A DNA stretch of 64,000 bases. Origin: Candidatus Latescibacterota bacterium (lineage in GTDB: Bacteria; Latescibacterota; UBA2968). The notes under the pieces are model-generated. The model had not been told where the DNA came from. It made no database searches and saw nothing but the letters and a program-made list of their open reading frames with translations. Where the stretch lies: the NCBI GenBank assembly GCA_965208125.1, contig OZ242320.1, positions 1,984,001-2,048,000 on the forward strand. The letters are read 5' to 3'. Below, one piece after another: positions 47,851-57,645 of this stretch (the stretch's first letter is position 1; the number at the start of each line of letters is the position of its first letter). The translations under genes and the position numbers were made by a program.

Positions 47851-49260
47851 TTAAGCTACCTTTTTGGGTCTTCTTTGTGTCTGACCTCTGGGTTCGCTGT
47901 CCCAGCGCAGCGCCTGGAGGCGATGCATGGCGGCTCTGAGTGCTTCGGGCGTGCCGATGCGATAGAGGCCGTGTACCGCAAATCCGCGAACGTAGTGGTT
48001 GCCATCGCGCATGGCGTCTGCCAATTCGGGAATGGCTTCTTCGGCATGGATGCCCAATCGCGCGAGGGAGAGGGCGGCATTGCGTCGCACAAAGTCGCTT
48101 TCATCTGTAGATAGGATGTCGGCGAGCGGGCGCACGGCTTCCGTGGTGTTCTGGCTAATGGTGCCCAGGGATTCTGCGGCGTGTGCGCGTGTGTCTTCAT
48201 CGGTGTCCTGCAACAGGGCGATGAGATCGGGCGTGGCTGATTTTGCTCGCAAGCCCAGGTCGCCGAGTACATCGACTGCGCGCATGCGGATTTTTGGGTT
48301 CGAATTTTTGGTGAGTTCGAGCAGTGCGGGTACGGCAGCTTCGCCGACGTTTGTGAATCCGTATCCCGCGTTTCGCGGCGGGTTCTCATCCTCCGTGTCT
48401 TTGAGTGCGTCGATCATGGCGGGAATCGCTTTTTCGCCCTGTAATCCGAGGGTGTAGGACGCATGGAGGGCGGCGGCTTCGTCGGGGTTAGATAGTTGCT
48501 CGCTCAGGGTTTCGGTTGATGCTCCGTTGCTCGCATGTTCGGGTGCTTTGCCCAGGTGCCAGTCCCACATGGCCTGCCATATCGGTTCTTGTGGATCGTC
48601 GGATGCGACCCAGGTTTCGTCGCTGTGATCCCATGTCGGTTCGGTAGGCTCTGTCATGCGCGTGAACAGGAACTTGACCATGTGGCGCGTGATCTCTGTG
48701 TAGTTGGCTTCTTTTTTGTGCAGGATGTCGTAGTGAATGAGTGCGACGGTTCCCGCGGGTCCCGCTGTGAAGAGGTGTTCTCCTGCCTGGTCGCGGGCGG
48801 TGATGTATTGCGATCTGGGGGTTACGCTGGTCGGTCCCATTTCACGGGGTGTGTCCTGAGGGTAATACATCGCCATCATCCAGCGGCAGTGGTGGTGGCG
48901 GCGGTTTTGGTCGGCGCAAAATCGGCTGTTGTGCAAGCTGTCTTTGTGCATGGTGCGCGCATCGCTACCCGGGCGGCTTTCGTGAACGTGGCGGTGCAGG
49001 TGCAGATAATAATCGGGTCCGAGGATGCTGGAAAATGCGCCGTGGACAATGGGGTGATCCCATACGTCTTGCAGTTCTGGTACGGCGGGGAGGAGGTTGT
49101 TGCCGGGATTTCTGCCGTTGTTTTTTTCAAAGGATTCGTCGATGCGTTTATAGACTTTTTCGTGAAATCCCTCCGGGAAGTCGGGGTGGAGGATCAAATA
49201 TCCATCGCGGATAAATTGCTGCATTTGCTCGTCGGTCAATAAGACGGGTTTGTCTGCCAT
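47851..49260 (-). CDS. PhyH-family Fe(II)/2OG dioxygenase fused to HEAT/PBS-lyase repeats
   Basis: F.RDGY, MHKD, HYDILH; repeated R..AA..LG units; start placed at MADKP. Confidence 0.85.
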   Translation of the reverse strand: MADKPVLLTDEQMQQFIRDGYLILHPDFPEGFHEKVYKRIDESFEKNNGRNPGNNLLPAVPELQDVWDHPIVHGAFSSILGPDYYLHLHRHVHESRPGSDARTMHKDSLHNSRFCADQNRRHHHCRWMMAMYYPQDTPREMGPTSVTPRSQYITARDQAGEHLFTAGPAGTVALIHYDILHKKEANYTEITRHMVKFLFTRMTEPTEPTWDHSDETWVASDDPQEPIWQAMWDWHLGKAPEHASNGASTETLSEQLSNPDEAAALHASYTLGLQGEKAIPAMIDALKDTEDENPPRNAGYGFTNVGEAAVPALLELTKNSNPKIRMRAVDVLGDLGLRAKSATPDLIALLQDTDEDTRAHAAESLGTISQNTTEAVRPLADILSTDESDFVRRNAALSLARLGIHAEEAIPELADAMRDGNHYVRGFAVHGLYRIGTPEALRAAMHRLQALRWDSEPRGQTQRRPKKVA

Positions 49261-49354
49261 GTCGGTTTCCTTTCTGGTGTTATGGATGGCTTGGATATAT
49301 AAATATTTCATAATACCTCTATTTAATCAAGGATATTTTGTTTATGATCGCATG

Positions 49355-50137
49355 CTACAATTGCAACGCGATACTGCCCTGATTTTTCTCGTTGAACGTA
49401 TCCATGTAATCCCTGCGCTCAAAGAACTGGCTGGTGTCGTAGAGGAAGGCGTATTTGCCGTTCCGATCACAGCCGGTTTCGAGGGCGACGCGGTTGATTT
49501 CGGCGATGTTGGGATAGGAGGGCCAGAGGATGCCGTCCTCGCAGTAGGAGGTGTCGATGAAGTAGCGTTTGTAAATGCCGCCGCCGGGTTTGGGGCGGCG
49601 GGCGTGTTGCAGGGCGGAGTGGACGATGATGATGGAGCCGGGGGCCAGGTTGTCGATGGTCCGCGAGCCGGGCAGGTCTTCGAATTGAAATTGGCGATAG
49701 GCATCGTTGGCCATGACTTTTTTGTGGGTGCCGGGCATGACGAGGAGGTCGCCCACTTCGCCGTTCAGGCCGTCCATGTACATGAATACGTGGACCATGA
49801 GGTGCGAGCGATTTGTTTGCGGGAGTTGTGCATAATCCTGATGCCACGCTACCCCGCGTTCTCCGGGCAGTTGCCATCGGGCGTGGATGTGGTGATGGAC
49901 GAATTTTTTGCCTTTCATCAGATCGGCCACGCGATCTACAACACCGGGTTCAGACGTGAGCAGGCCGAGTTCTGGATACGCCATGAGCATGGGGCGGTCA
50001 CCTTTTTCGCGGTCGATCATGAGTTGATCGACATCGGCTTTGATGCGTTCGTTGAGGTCGTGGTCGAAGAGGCCTTCGAATACGAGGTATCCCTCTTCGT
50101 CGAATTGGGCGATGTCGTCGGGTGTGAGGTGGTTCAT
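49355..50137 (-). CDS. PhyH-family Fe(II)/2OG dioxygenase
   Basis: FDEEGYL, WHQD, PGTH, HSALQH. Confidence 0.88.
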   Translation of the reverse strand: MNHLTPDDIAQFDEEGYLVFEGLFDHDLNERIKADVDQLMIDREKGDRPMLMAYPELGLLTSEPGVVDRVADLMKGKKFVHHHIHARWQLPGERGVAWHQDYAQLPQTNRSHLMVHVFMYMDGLNGEVGDLLVMPGTHKKVMANDAYRQFQFEDLPGSRTIDNLAPGSIIIVHSALQHARRPKPGGGIYKRYFIDTSYCEDGILWPSYPNIAEINRVALETGCDRNGKYAFLYDTSQFFERRDYMDTFNEKNQGSIALQL

Positions 50138-51624
50138 GAGTTTCCCTCCAAATAGGCGTGAGCCAGATGCATATCGGGGTTTCCGTGGGCAAAGTTGCCG
50201 TCGCAGGCCCTGAGGAGTTGGCGTGCGAGTTGATCGGCTTTGTCGGGATATTCGGCAGCGAGGTCATTTTCTTCCCGGTAGTCGTCCAGGATGTTGTAGA
50301 GTTGGAAGTTGTTGGTTTTGTTGATGTGGCGCAATTTCCAGCCGTCGGCTGTGGTGAGTGCAGGACCGAGACGCGATGAAAAGACGACGGGTGCGTGGGG
50401 GCGTTGCTCTTTGCCCAAAAGGGTGGGTAAGAAGGATTCGCCGTCTTTCCAGTCGGATGTTTCTTCGCCTGTGAGATCGGATAGTGTGGGCATAAAATCG
50501 TAATTGGCGATCATGTGATCGGTTGTGCCGGGGGAGATGCGACCGGGCCAGCGTGCGATGTAGGGCAGGCGGGTGCCGCCTTCCCAGCTCGTCCATTTGA
50601 GGCCGGCCATGCCGTCGTTGCCATTGAAGATGTCGCCGCTTTGTTCGGTTGTGTGCCGGGTGGTGATGTCGTCATAGCGGATGCCGTCGAGGCTTTGTCT
50701 TTTGACGGTGCGGCCTTGTTGTGCGGCGTAGATTTCGTGGCCGTTGTCAGAGCTGAAGAAGACGATGGTGTTGTCGGCAATGCCGAGCGCGTCGAGTTCG
50801 TTGAGGATGATGCCAACGGTGTCGTCGAGGCGGAGGATCATGGATGCGTATTCTTTTTCAAAATCGGTGAGTTCTGGCACGTCTTTTACGCCCGGGTGAA
50901 TTTCGGGAACGGAGATGGGTCCGTGGGGCAGTTGTGAGGGGTGGAAGAGGAAGAAGGGTTGGTTGCGATGTTTGCGGAGGAAATCGACGATTTTGTCGTT
51001 GAAGAGGTCCTGGGAGTAGGTGACTTTTCCGGTCATGTCGTGGCGGATGGCCGCGTTTTCCGGAGATTCTGAACCGGGGTGGTTGCCGCAGTCGGGATGG
51101 GTGTTGCCGGGTATTTCGACGATGTCGCCATTTTCAAAGAGGAATGGCGGATAGAAGCCGTGGCAGAGTTGATGGTCGTAGTAGCCGTAGTGGTAATCCC
51201 ATCCATGCCGACGAATGCGTTCTGGCGTTGTGGCAAAGCCCCATTCGAGTTTGCCAATTTGTCCCGTGACATAGCCTGCGCGTTGTGCGATTTGCGCGAG
51301 GAAGACTTCGTCGGGGCGTTCTTGAAGGCCGGTGTTGTTGATGAGTTCGGCGATGTGTTCAAAGGTCATCGTGCCTTCGGCCATGGGACGGTAGAGACCG
51401 CCTCTGGTGAAGGTCCATCGGCCCGCGTGTGCGTCGTGATAGCCGGTCATGAGGCTGGCGCGTGCCGGGGCGCAAAAGATGCAGCCATAGGCGCGGGTGA
51501 ATTGCAAGCCTTCGCGGGAGAGGCGGTCGATATTGGGGGTTTGAAAGTGTTTTTGGCCGTAGCAGGAGAGCATGCCGCGGCCCAGGTCGTCGCCGTAGAT
51601 GTAGATGATGTTGGGATTGGACAT
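50134..51624 (-). CDS. Arylsulfatase (S1)
   Basis: GDDLG, CAPARASLMTG, SDNGHE. Confidence 0.92.
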   Translation of the reverse strand: MSNPNIIYIYGDDLGRGMLSCYGQKHFQTPNIDRLSREGLQFTRAYGCIFCAPARASLMTGYHDAHAGRWTFTRGGLYRPMAEGTMTFEHIAELINNTGLQERPDEVFLAQIAQRAGYVTGQIGKLEWGFATTPERIRRHGWDYHYGYYDHQLCHGFYPPFLFENGDIVEIPGNTHPDCGNHPGSESPENAAIRHDMTGKVTYSQDLFNDKIVDFLRKHRNQPFFLFHPSQLPHGPISVPEIHPGVKDVPELTDFEKEYASMILRLDDTVGIILNELDALGIADNTIVFFSSDNGHEIYAAQQGRTVKRQSLDGIRYDDITTRHTTEQSGDIFNGNDGMAGLKWTSWEGGTRLPYIARWPGRISPGTTDHMIANYDFMPTLSDLTGEETSDWKDGESFLPTLLGKEQRPHAPVVFSSRLGPALTTADGWKLRHINKTNNFQLYNILDDYREENDLAAEYPDKADQLARQLLRACDGNFAHGNPDMHLAHAYLEGNS

Positions 51625-51635
51625 TGAGATTCCTT

Positions 51636-52685
51636 TTACAGTTCGGTGACATCGACGGCTTTGCGCTGTGTTGTTGCCTGGTGCGCGGCGTGGATGAGCG
51701 AGAGGTTGTGGCGGGCGTGTTCGGCGGTGATTGGAGGTGATTTGCCTTCTGCGAGTGCTTTGAATGTGGCGGCAAAATAGTTGGCGTGTCCAGCGCGGGA
51801 TAGAGCGTCTGCGCTGAGGCCATGGTCGAGGTCAACGGATCGCCATCTGCGGTCGGCTTTGTCGAGGTAGCGGAGTTCGCGCCCGCGCCCGACAATGCGG
51901 ATGGCATGTGTGCGGGTATAGACTTCGCATATACTCTGGTCGCCGCCGGGCATGCCCCAGGATGTAGAGACGGTGGAGATGGCGCCGTTTTCGTGTTCAA
52001 AGAGGAGGAAGGCGACATCATCGACGTCGAAATCGAAAAATTTGGTCTGTACGCGGGCTTCCACGTAGCGCACGGGTGAGCCGATCATGGTTTCGATGAG
52101 GTAAATTTCGTGGTAGGCGCTGTCGCCAATACAGCCGCCGCCAGCTGCTCTGGATGCGCGCCAGACGCTGTTGGGGTCGGTCTGGTCTTCTGTTTTGCCA
52201 AAGAGGGAGAGGGCGCGGCCCGTTTGAGGCGTTCCTGTGTTTTCTTCGCGCAATAGTCTGAGGGCTTCTGCGGTGCCTGGTGTGTAGAGGAAGTTGTGTA
52301 CAATGGTGTAGGGGATGTTGTGTTTTTTTACGGCGTCGAGGAGTTGGTCGGCTTCTTCGAGGGATGTTGCCATGGGTTTTTCCGAGATGATGGCGACACC
52401 TGCCTGTGCGGCTTCGATGACGTGTTCGGCGTGCAGGTGATGGGGGGTGGCGATGATGACGGCGTCGAGTTCGGCACGGGCGAGCATGTGGCGGTGGTCT
52501 TCGTAGCGTTGTTCCGAAAGGATATCTGCTGCCGTGCCAACGCGGTTTCTGTTTTCGGGGATGGGGTCGGCTATTGCCGAGATGGTTACGAGATCGGGGA
52601 TGTCGAGCAGGCCCTGAAGATGGGATTTTTGGACGATGCCACCGCAGCCTATCAGGCCCAGGCGGATGTTTTGTTCACGAGGCAT
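51636..52685 (-). CDS. Gfo/Idh/MocA family oxidoreductase
   Basis: GLIGCGGI, SEKPMA, GGG...D.AYH. Confidence 0.9.
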   Translation of the reverse strand: MPREQNIRLGLIGCGGIVQKSHLQGLLDIPDLVTISAIADPIPENRNRVGTAADILSEQRYEDHRHMLARAELDAVIIATPHHLHAEHVIEAAQAGVAIISEKPMATSLEEADQLLDAVKKHNIPYTIVHNFLYTPGTAEALRLLREENTGTPQTGRALSLFGKTEDQTDPNSVWRASRAAGGGCIGDSAYHEIYLIETMIGSPVRYVEARVQTKFFDFDVDDVAFLLFEHENGAISTVSTSWGMPGGDQSICEVYTRTHAIRIVGRGRELRYLDKADRRWRSVDLDHGLSADALSRAGHANYFAATFKALAEGKSPPITAEHARHNLSLIHAAHQATTQRKAVDVTEL

Positions 52686-53763
52686 TGCGACTGTTCCTTT
52701 CCGCGATTTTTTGTGCGATGTATTCCGCGTCGCGTCCGACTCCGCGCAGGAGGTGTGATCCGACGGTGTGTTGAAATTTCAAGCCGACGAAGAACAGGCC
52801 GGGGATGCAGACGCCGCGTTTGTGAATGGGTCCGTTTTTGTCAAATGTGGATTCGGGATGGTGTACGCGGATGAATTTGTAGTCGGGTCTAAAGCCGGTA
52901 CACCATAAGACGGTCAGGTCTTTTAGGCTGATAATTTCGCCGTCGGCGCAGAGGATTCCGCGGTGGTCAGCATCTATTACGCGACCAACCCGTTGTACGC
53001 CGTGGTGTTTTGAAAGCCAGCGCGGCGATGGTGCCATCGCGGGGTCGCCTCCCTGCCATTGGTGCATAATGCGTTGTCCGATCAGCGTTTGCCGCTGGAG
53101 TTCGAATATTGGGAGCAGGCGGGAGAATACGCCGATGGGGATGCCCAGTATAGACCAGGGGACGACGCCGTTGCCGCTGAGTGAGAATGAGAGGGTTTCA
53201 AATTGGTCCGATTGCGCCAGGTCCAGGCAGATTTGAACCCCGCTGCTGCCGCTGCCGACGATGAGAACATTTGCCGTTGTGATCTGGTCGGGGTTTCGAT
53301 AGGCCGCTGAGTGTAGCTGGGGGGTTGATTGCGGCAGTTTTTTCGCGGCTTCTGGTACAAAGGATTGGGCAGCATGCCCGGTGCAGATAGCGACGTTGGT
53401 TGTTTGATAGGTTTGGGTGTCTGTATGGATGTTCCAGGTGTTTTCTCCTTCGGCGACTTGTGTGACGGTGACGCCTTCTTTTAATGGGGGATTGACCATC
53501 TGGCGATACGCATGGAAATAATCAAGTGCTTCTTTGCGTGTGGCGGTGTCGTACCAGGCTTTTTGCGGTGCAAATGGTTTTTGCATGCCGGGCAAGGTGT
53601 TCATCCAATTGGCTGTGTTTAACCGGAAGCTGTCCCAGCAGTTGTGCCAGGCAGAGAACGCCCGGTCGCGCTCCAATACGAGGTGTTCGACCCCGCGTTG
53701 TTGCAAGTAATAACTCAGTGTTATGCCGGCCTGTCCACCGCCGATAACGATGGTATTTATCAT
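52675..53763 (-). CDS. Flavin-containing monooxygenase-like FAD/NAD(P) oxidoreductase
   Basis: GGGQAG, QLHSAAY, GSGSSG, WCTGF; start placed at MINTIV. Confidence 0.88.
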   Translation of the reverse strand: MINTIVIGGGQAGITLSYYLQQRGVEHLVLERDRAFSAWHNCWDSFRLNTANWMNTLPGMQKPFAPQKAWYDTATRKEALDYFHAYRQMVNPPLKEGVTVTQVAEGENTWNIHTDTQTYQTTNVAICTGHAAQSFVPEAAKKLPQSTPQLHSAAYRNPDQITTANVLIVGSGSSGVQICLDLAQSDQFETLSFSLSGNGVVPWSILGIPIGVFSRLLPIFELQRQTLIGQRIMHQWQGGDPAMAPSPRWLSKHHGVQRVGRVIDADHRGILCADGEIISLKDLTVLWCTGFRPDYKFIRVHHPESTFDKNGPIHKRGVCIPGLFFVGLKFQHTVGSHLLRGVGRDAEYIAQKIAERNSRNAS

Positions 53764-53913
53764 ACACGCTTCCTCTGACAGAAATCGCGTCTCGAGAGAA
53801 AGAGCAAAACGCTTGCGAAATATAGCGATTGTGATTCGGGTTGTCCAGACACAGATTTTGCTCTGAGGATAAGCCCTGTTTCGCTTGACGAAAATGCCCA
53901 TGTATGAGCATTT

Positions 53914-54065
53914 TTTTGTCTTATTTGACGCCTTATTTGACATCTTATTTGACACGCTTAACAAATTTGTAAGTTATTAAATAATAACAAGTTTTTATAT
54001 CAATAACAAGAAATCTGAGTAAGTTTTGTCCTTATTTGACGCCTTATTTGGCACGTTATTTGACA
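53914..54065. repeat. Two arrays of three TTATTTGAC units with 12-bp period, 111 bp apart
   Basis: Units at 53921, 53933, 53945 and at 54032, 54044 (TTATTTGGC), 54056. Confidence 0.9.
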
Positions 54066-54192
54066 ATTTCCTGCTCATTCCATTCAGGAACATGTATTGC
54101 ATTTATACCCCTTGCAAATTTGGTCTGACGATGGGGATTTTGGTTGTATATTGATAGGGTGCATTTTTATATCGGATTGAAAGGATGGGATT

Positions 54193-55752
54193 ATGTTGAT
54201 GACTGGTGGTCAGGCTGTGGTTGAGACGCTGGATGCATGGGGGGTGGATGTGGTGTTTGGGATTCCGGGGGTTCACACGCTCGCGCTTTACGATGCGTTG
54301 TACGAGCATCCGCGGATTCGGCATGTGACGACGCGGCACGAGCAGGGGGCGGGTTTTATGGCGGATGGGTATGCGCGGGCTTCTGGGCGCGTGGGCGTGG
54401 CGTTGACGACGACGGGGCCAGCGGCGGTGAATGCATTGACGCCGATTGGGGAAGCGCACGCAGAGTCGTCGCCCGTGTTGCTGATATGCAGTGGCCCGAC
54501 TGATGCAACAAATGGTACAGATGCGGGCGTGTTGCACGATATGCGCGATCAGTTTGGGACGTTATTTTCTGTGACGGGGCGCGGGCAGCGCGTGTCGCGT
54601 GTGGAGGAGATACCAGATGCGCTATCAGAGGGTTTTGAGGCGATGAAGTACGGACGTCCCCGGCCCTATATTTTTGAAGTTCCGCTGGATGTTTTTAAGG
54701 AAGAGGCAGATGTAAATATTGACGAGCCAGCGCACCGTCCGCCCCATAAGCCTGAGGAGGCCGCGCTCAATGCGGCGGCGGAGATGATTCAGTCTGCGAG
54801 GAAGCCGGTGTTGATCGCAGGTGGGGGAACGCAAGATGCGAGTGATGATGTGATTCAGTTGGCGGAGAAACTCGGATTGCCGGTGGCTGTTACTGCCAAT
54901 GGACAGGGGGCTGTTCCGGCGGATCACCCTTTGCTGGTGCGCGGTGAGGCGATGAACAAGTGTTTGAATGAGGCGGATGTGGTGCTCGCTGTGGGTACGC
55001 GTTTGGGCTTTCGGTTTGAGCAGATGTGGAAGGGGACACCGGAGAAGCTCATTCATCTGGATATCGATCCGGAGGTGATCGGGCGGTCGTTTGAGCCAGA
55101 TGTTGCGCTGATTGGCGATGCGGGTGCGGGGTTGAGGGAATTGTACGCGAGGTTGGATGGGGTTAAGACCGCGTGGGATGTCAGTGGTTCTGTGTCGCAG
55201 GCGTCCGGTCAGTGGGAGGAGAAACCTTTTCCAGAGTTGCTGGGGATTTTGCGGGATGTTCTGGATCGGGATGCGGTGGTTGTGAACGATATGACGATGA
55301 TTAGCTATCAGGCGCGTCGCCATTTTCCGGTTTATGAGCCGCGCACGTTTTTGTCGCCCACGGTTTACGGAACGCTGGGTTTTTCCATGCCAGCGGCTGT
55401 GGGTGCCAAGATCGCGTGTCCAGATAAGCAGGTGGTGTCGCTGTGTGGCGATGGCGGGTTTATGTACACGGCGACGGAGCTTTCTACCGCGGTTCAGCAG
55501 GGGATATCACTGCCGGTTGTTTTGTGCAATGACAATACGTATGACGCGATTAAACGGGCGCAGGATCGGGAATGTGACGGGCGGAATATTGCCGTGGAGT
55601 TGGCGAATCCCGATTTTGTGATGTTTGCTCAGAGTTTTGGGATGCAGAGTGTTCGCGTGACCAACGGACAGGGGTTTGGCGAGGTGCTCGAAGAGGCATT
55701 GCAAGCCAAGGGACCGACGCTGATTGAGGTTTTTTTGCCGGAGTATTCTTGA
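54193..55752 (+). CDS. ThDP-binding enzyme (acetolactate synthase-like)
   Basis: FGIPGVH, RHEQGAGFMADGYAR, GDGGF..N. Confidence 0.9.
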   Translation: MLMTGGQAVVETLDAWGVDVVFGIPGVHTLALYDALYEHPRIRHVTTRHEQGAGFMADGYARASGRVGVALTTTGPAAVNALTPIGEAHAESSPVLLICSGPTDATNGTDAGVLHDMRDQFGTLFSVTGRGQRVSRVEEIPDALSEGFEAMKYGRPRPYIFEVPLDVFKEEADVNIDEPAHRPPHKPEEAALNAAAEMIQSARKPVLIAGGGTQDASDDVIQLAEKLGLPVAVTANGQGAVPADHPLLVRGEAMNKCLNEADVVLAVGTRLGFRFEQMWKGTPEKLIHLDIDPEVIGRSFEPDVALIGDAGAGLRELYARLDGVKTAWDVSGSVSQASGQWEEKPFPELLGILRDVLDRDAVVVNDMTMISYQARRHFPVYEPRTFLSPTVYGTLGFSMPAAVGAKIACPDKQVVSLCGDGGFMYTATELSTAVQQGISLPVVLCNDNTYDAIKRAQDRECDGRNIAVELANPDFVMFAQSFGMQSVRVTNGQGFGEVLEEALQAKGPTLIEVFLPEYS

Positions 55753-55777
55753 GAAGTGCATCCTTATGAGTGTTAAA

Positions 55778-55820
55778 GCGAATCAACGAATCAACGAATC
55801 AGCGAATCAGCGAATCAACG
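55778..55820. repeat. Octamer tandem repeat (RCGAATCA)x5
   Basis: gcgaatca acgaatca acgaatca gcgaatca gcgaatca acg. Confidence 0.92.
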
Positions 55821-55856
55821 GAACGGGGTACAACTGGTTCGGGCCAGTTCATCAAT

Positions 55857-55883
55857 GTAGGGGCGGTGCCCCTGTGCCCGCCC
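55857..55883 (+). repeat. GTAG-type REP element
   Basis: GTAGGGGCGGTGCCCCTGTGCCCGCCC. Confidence 0.7.
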
Positions 55884-55926
55884 GTTGGGTGGTTGGGCGG
55901 GGTTCGTCTATTCGTCGGAGGTTTTT

Positions 55927-57642
55927 ATGGCAACAAAGCGAAAAAAGAGACGGCACAGAGGGGCTGCTGGCAAGGCGAATGCGGATTTGACGGCGCATAT
56001 TCGGTCATTGGGGTTGACGAGTGTGGGGCAATACCAGGCGTGGTGTCGGGATCATGGATTTAATGGGGCGCTGAATAAGAGCTGGCAGGAGCGGCGGCAG
56101 GAGCGCAAGGTTGCTGATCGGGCGATTGATGAGGAATTGGCCGAGCAGGAATTTGTGCGCCATATCAGCGCGTTGGGGTTAGAGACGGTTGCGGATTATA
56201 CCGCGTGGTGTGCCGCGCACGGGTTGAGTACGGGAACGCATAAGAGCGTTGCACAGCGCAAGAAAGAGCGCGATTTGGCCGAGCGATTAAAGAGCGATGC
56301 GGTTTTGGCGAAGATGAAAAATCACACGCGGCGGCCACAGGAGACGATTCGGGCGATTTATGAGGGCAAGCTGTCAGAGGCGGAGTTGAATCGCCCGCAT
56401 TTACAAAAGATCCAGCGGGCTTTTGATGGGTTGGGGAGAGACCGCAAGGGACGGCGCGCGCTGTTGCAGTTGCTGCTTCATGTAGAAAAACGGGGCGATT
56501 TTTTTGACGTCAAGCCCGCGATTGTGCGCCTGGGACCTTCTGATGGCAATACATTTATTGAGGGTTTAGGCGCGCTGGCACATTGGCACAAGCGGTGGTT
56601 GCGCGATCCAGCGGAGTGGCGGCCAGGTTCGCACAATGGGCGCAAGCAATTTGGTTCGCTTGCACGACATTTGCTCGCGAAGTACGATGTGCCCGCGTTT
56701 ATGGATATCGCGTGGTTCGGCGAGGAAGATGAGGCGCGGCAGCAGCAGGGCTGGTTTGTGCATGTGGGAACGGGGGGGAATATTCGCAAGGCAGATGTTC
56801 CGCTGACGCTGACGAAGAAGATGGCGCATTTGTTTTTGGAGTCGCCGCACGATTGCACGATTTACGAGGCGTTTCGGCGGGGTCAAATTCTGGGGCTTGG
56901 CGGGGAGGAGCCGCTGGTGCGCGCGGTGAACAGTACGCGGTTGGGGTCGTCTTTTGAATGCGAGGATTTCTGGCATAAGGTGGTGCATTTTTTTGTGAAT
57001 AATCCAATGCTCGATCCCGATGAGGTGGGACCGATTGTGGATTATATTCACAATCAGAAATACGTGCCTCGAGAAGAGACAGTTGGTGGCGAGGTTGTGC
57101 AACTGCCGCCCGAGCAGCCGAATTTTTCGATTAAGGGGCGCAGTATGGTCAAGTTGCTGCGACAGGTCGAGTTTTGGCATCGGCAGTTGGCGCGGCAGAA
57201 TCGCTTGCCCGCAAAGGTTTGGGCTCCTTCGGGTCTCAATGAGCTGGATTGGACAGCGACGGATAATTATGGGAATGAAAAGGAGCGGTGGACGATTACG
57301 GAGTTGCTGTCGGCCAAGGAGTTGTCCCTCGAGGGACGCAAGATGCATCACTGCGTGGGGTCTTATGCGAATAATTGCAAAACCGGGAAGTCGTCGATCT
57401 GGACGATGCAGGTTACGACGCCGGAGGATGAGACGCTTCGGGTGATGACGATTGCGGTGCAAAATGGCAGCCGAAGCATTACGCAGGCACGCGGGAAGTG
57501 CAATGCGCGACCCAATGGCAGGACGCCCAGTGGCAAGCGTCGGGATTTTAGCAAGGAGTATGAACGCCATTTGCGCAAGTCGCGCCATGTGTTGTATTTG
57601 TGGCGAGAGCAAGAGGGGTTGTCTATGTCGCGTGGGGTTTGA
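55927..57642 (+). CDS. PcfJ-like domain protein with a duplicated N-terminal module
   Basis: EL..EG..MHHCVGSY and QARGKCN PcfJ-type motifs; GGAGG RBS before MATKRKK. Confidence 0.8.
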   Translation: MATKRKKRRHRGAAGKANADLTAHIRSLGLTSVGQYQAWCRDHGFNGALNKSWQERRQERKVADRAIDEELAEQEFVRHISALGLETVADYTAWCAAHGLSTGTHKSVAQRKKERDLAERLKSDAVLAKMKNHTRRPQETIRAIYEGKLSEAELNRPHLQKIQRAFDGLGRDRKGRRALLQLLLHVEKRGDFFDVKPAIVRLGPSDGNTFIEGLGALAHWHKRWLRDPAEWRPGSHNGRKQFGSLARHLLAKYDVPAFMDIAWFGEEDEARQQQGWFVHVGTGGNIRKADVPLTLTKKMAHLFLESPHDCTIYEAFRRGQILGLGGEEPLVRAVNSTRLGSSFECEDFWHKVVHFFVNNPMLDPDEVGPIVDYIHNQKYVPREETVGGEVVQLPPEQPNFSIKGRSMVKLLRQVEFWHRQLARQNRLPAKVWAPSGLNELDWTATDNYGNEKERWTITELLSAKELSLEGRKMHHCVGSYANNCKTGKSSIWTMQVTTPEDETLRVMTIAVQNGSRSITQARGKCNARPNGRTPSGKRRDFSKEYERHLRKSRHVLYLWREQEGLSMSRGV

Positions 57643-57645
57643 GGG

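Noticed and set aside
53764-53910. Riboswitch in the long leader of the flavin monooxygenase (also the dnaA leader 1765-2033)
   Set aside because: No conserved aptamer motif recognised by eye; a covariance-model search would be needed.
53914-54065. Possible CRISPR array
   Set aside because: Units are 9-12 bp with no unique spacers, and no cas genes are in the window.
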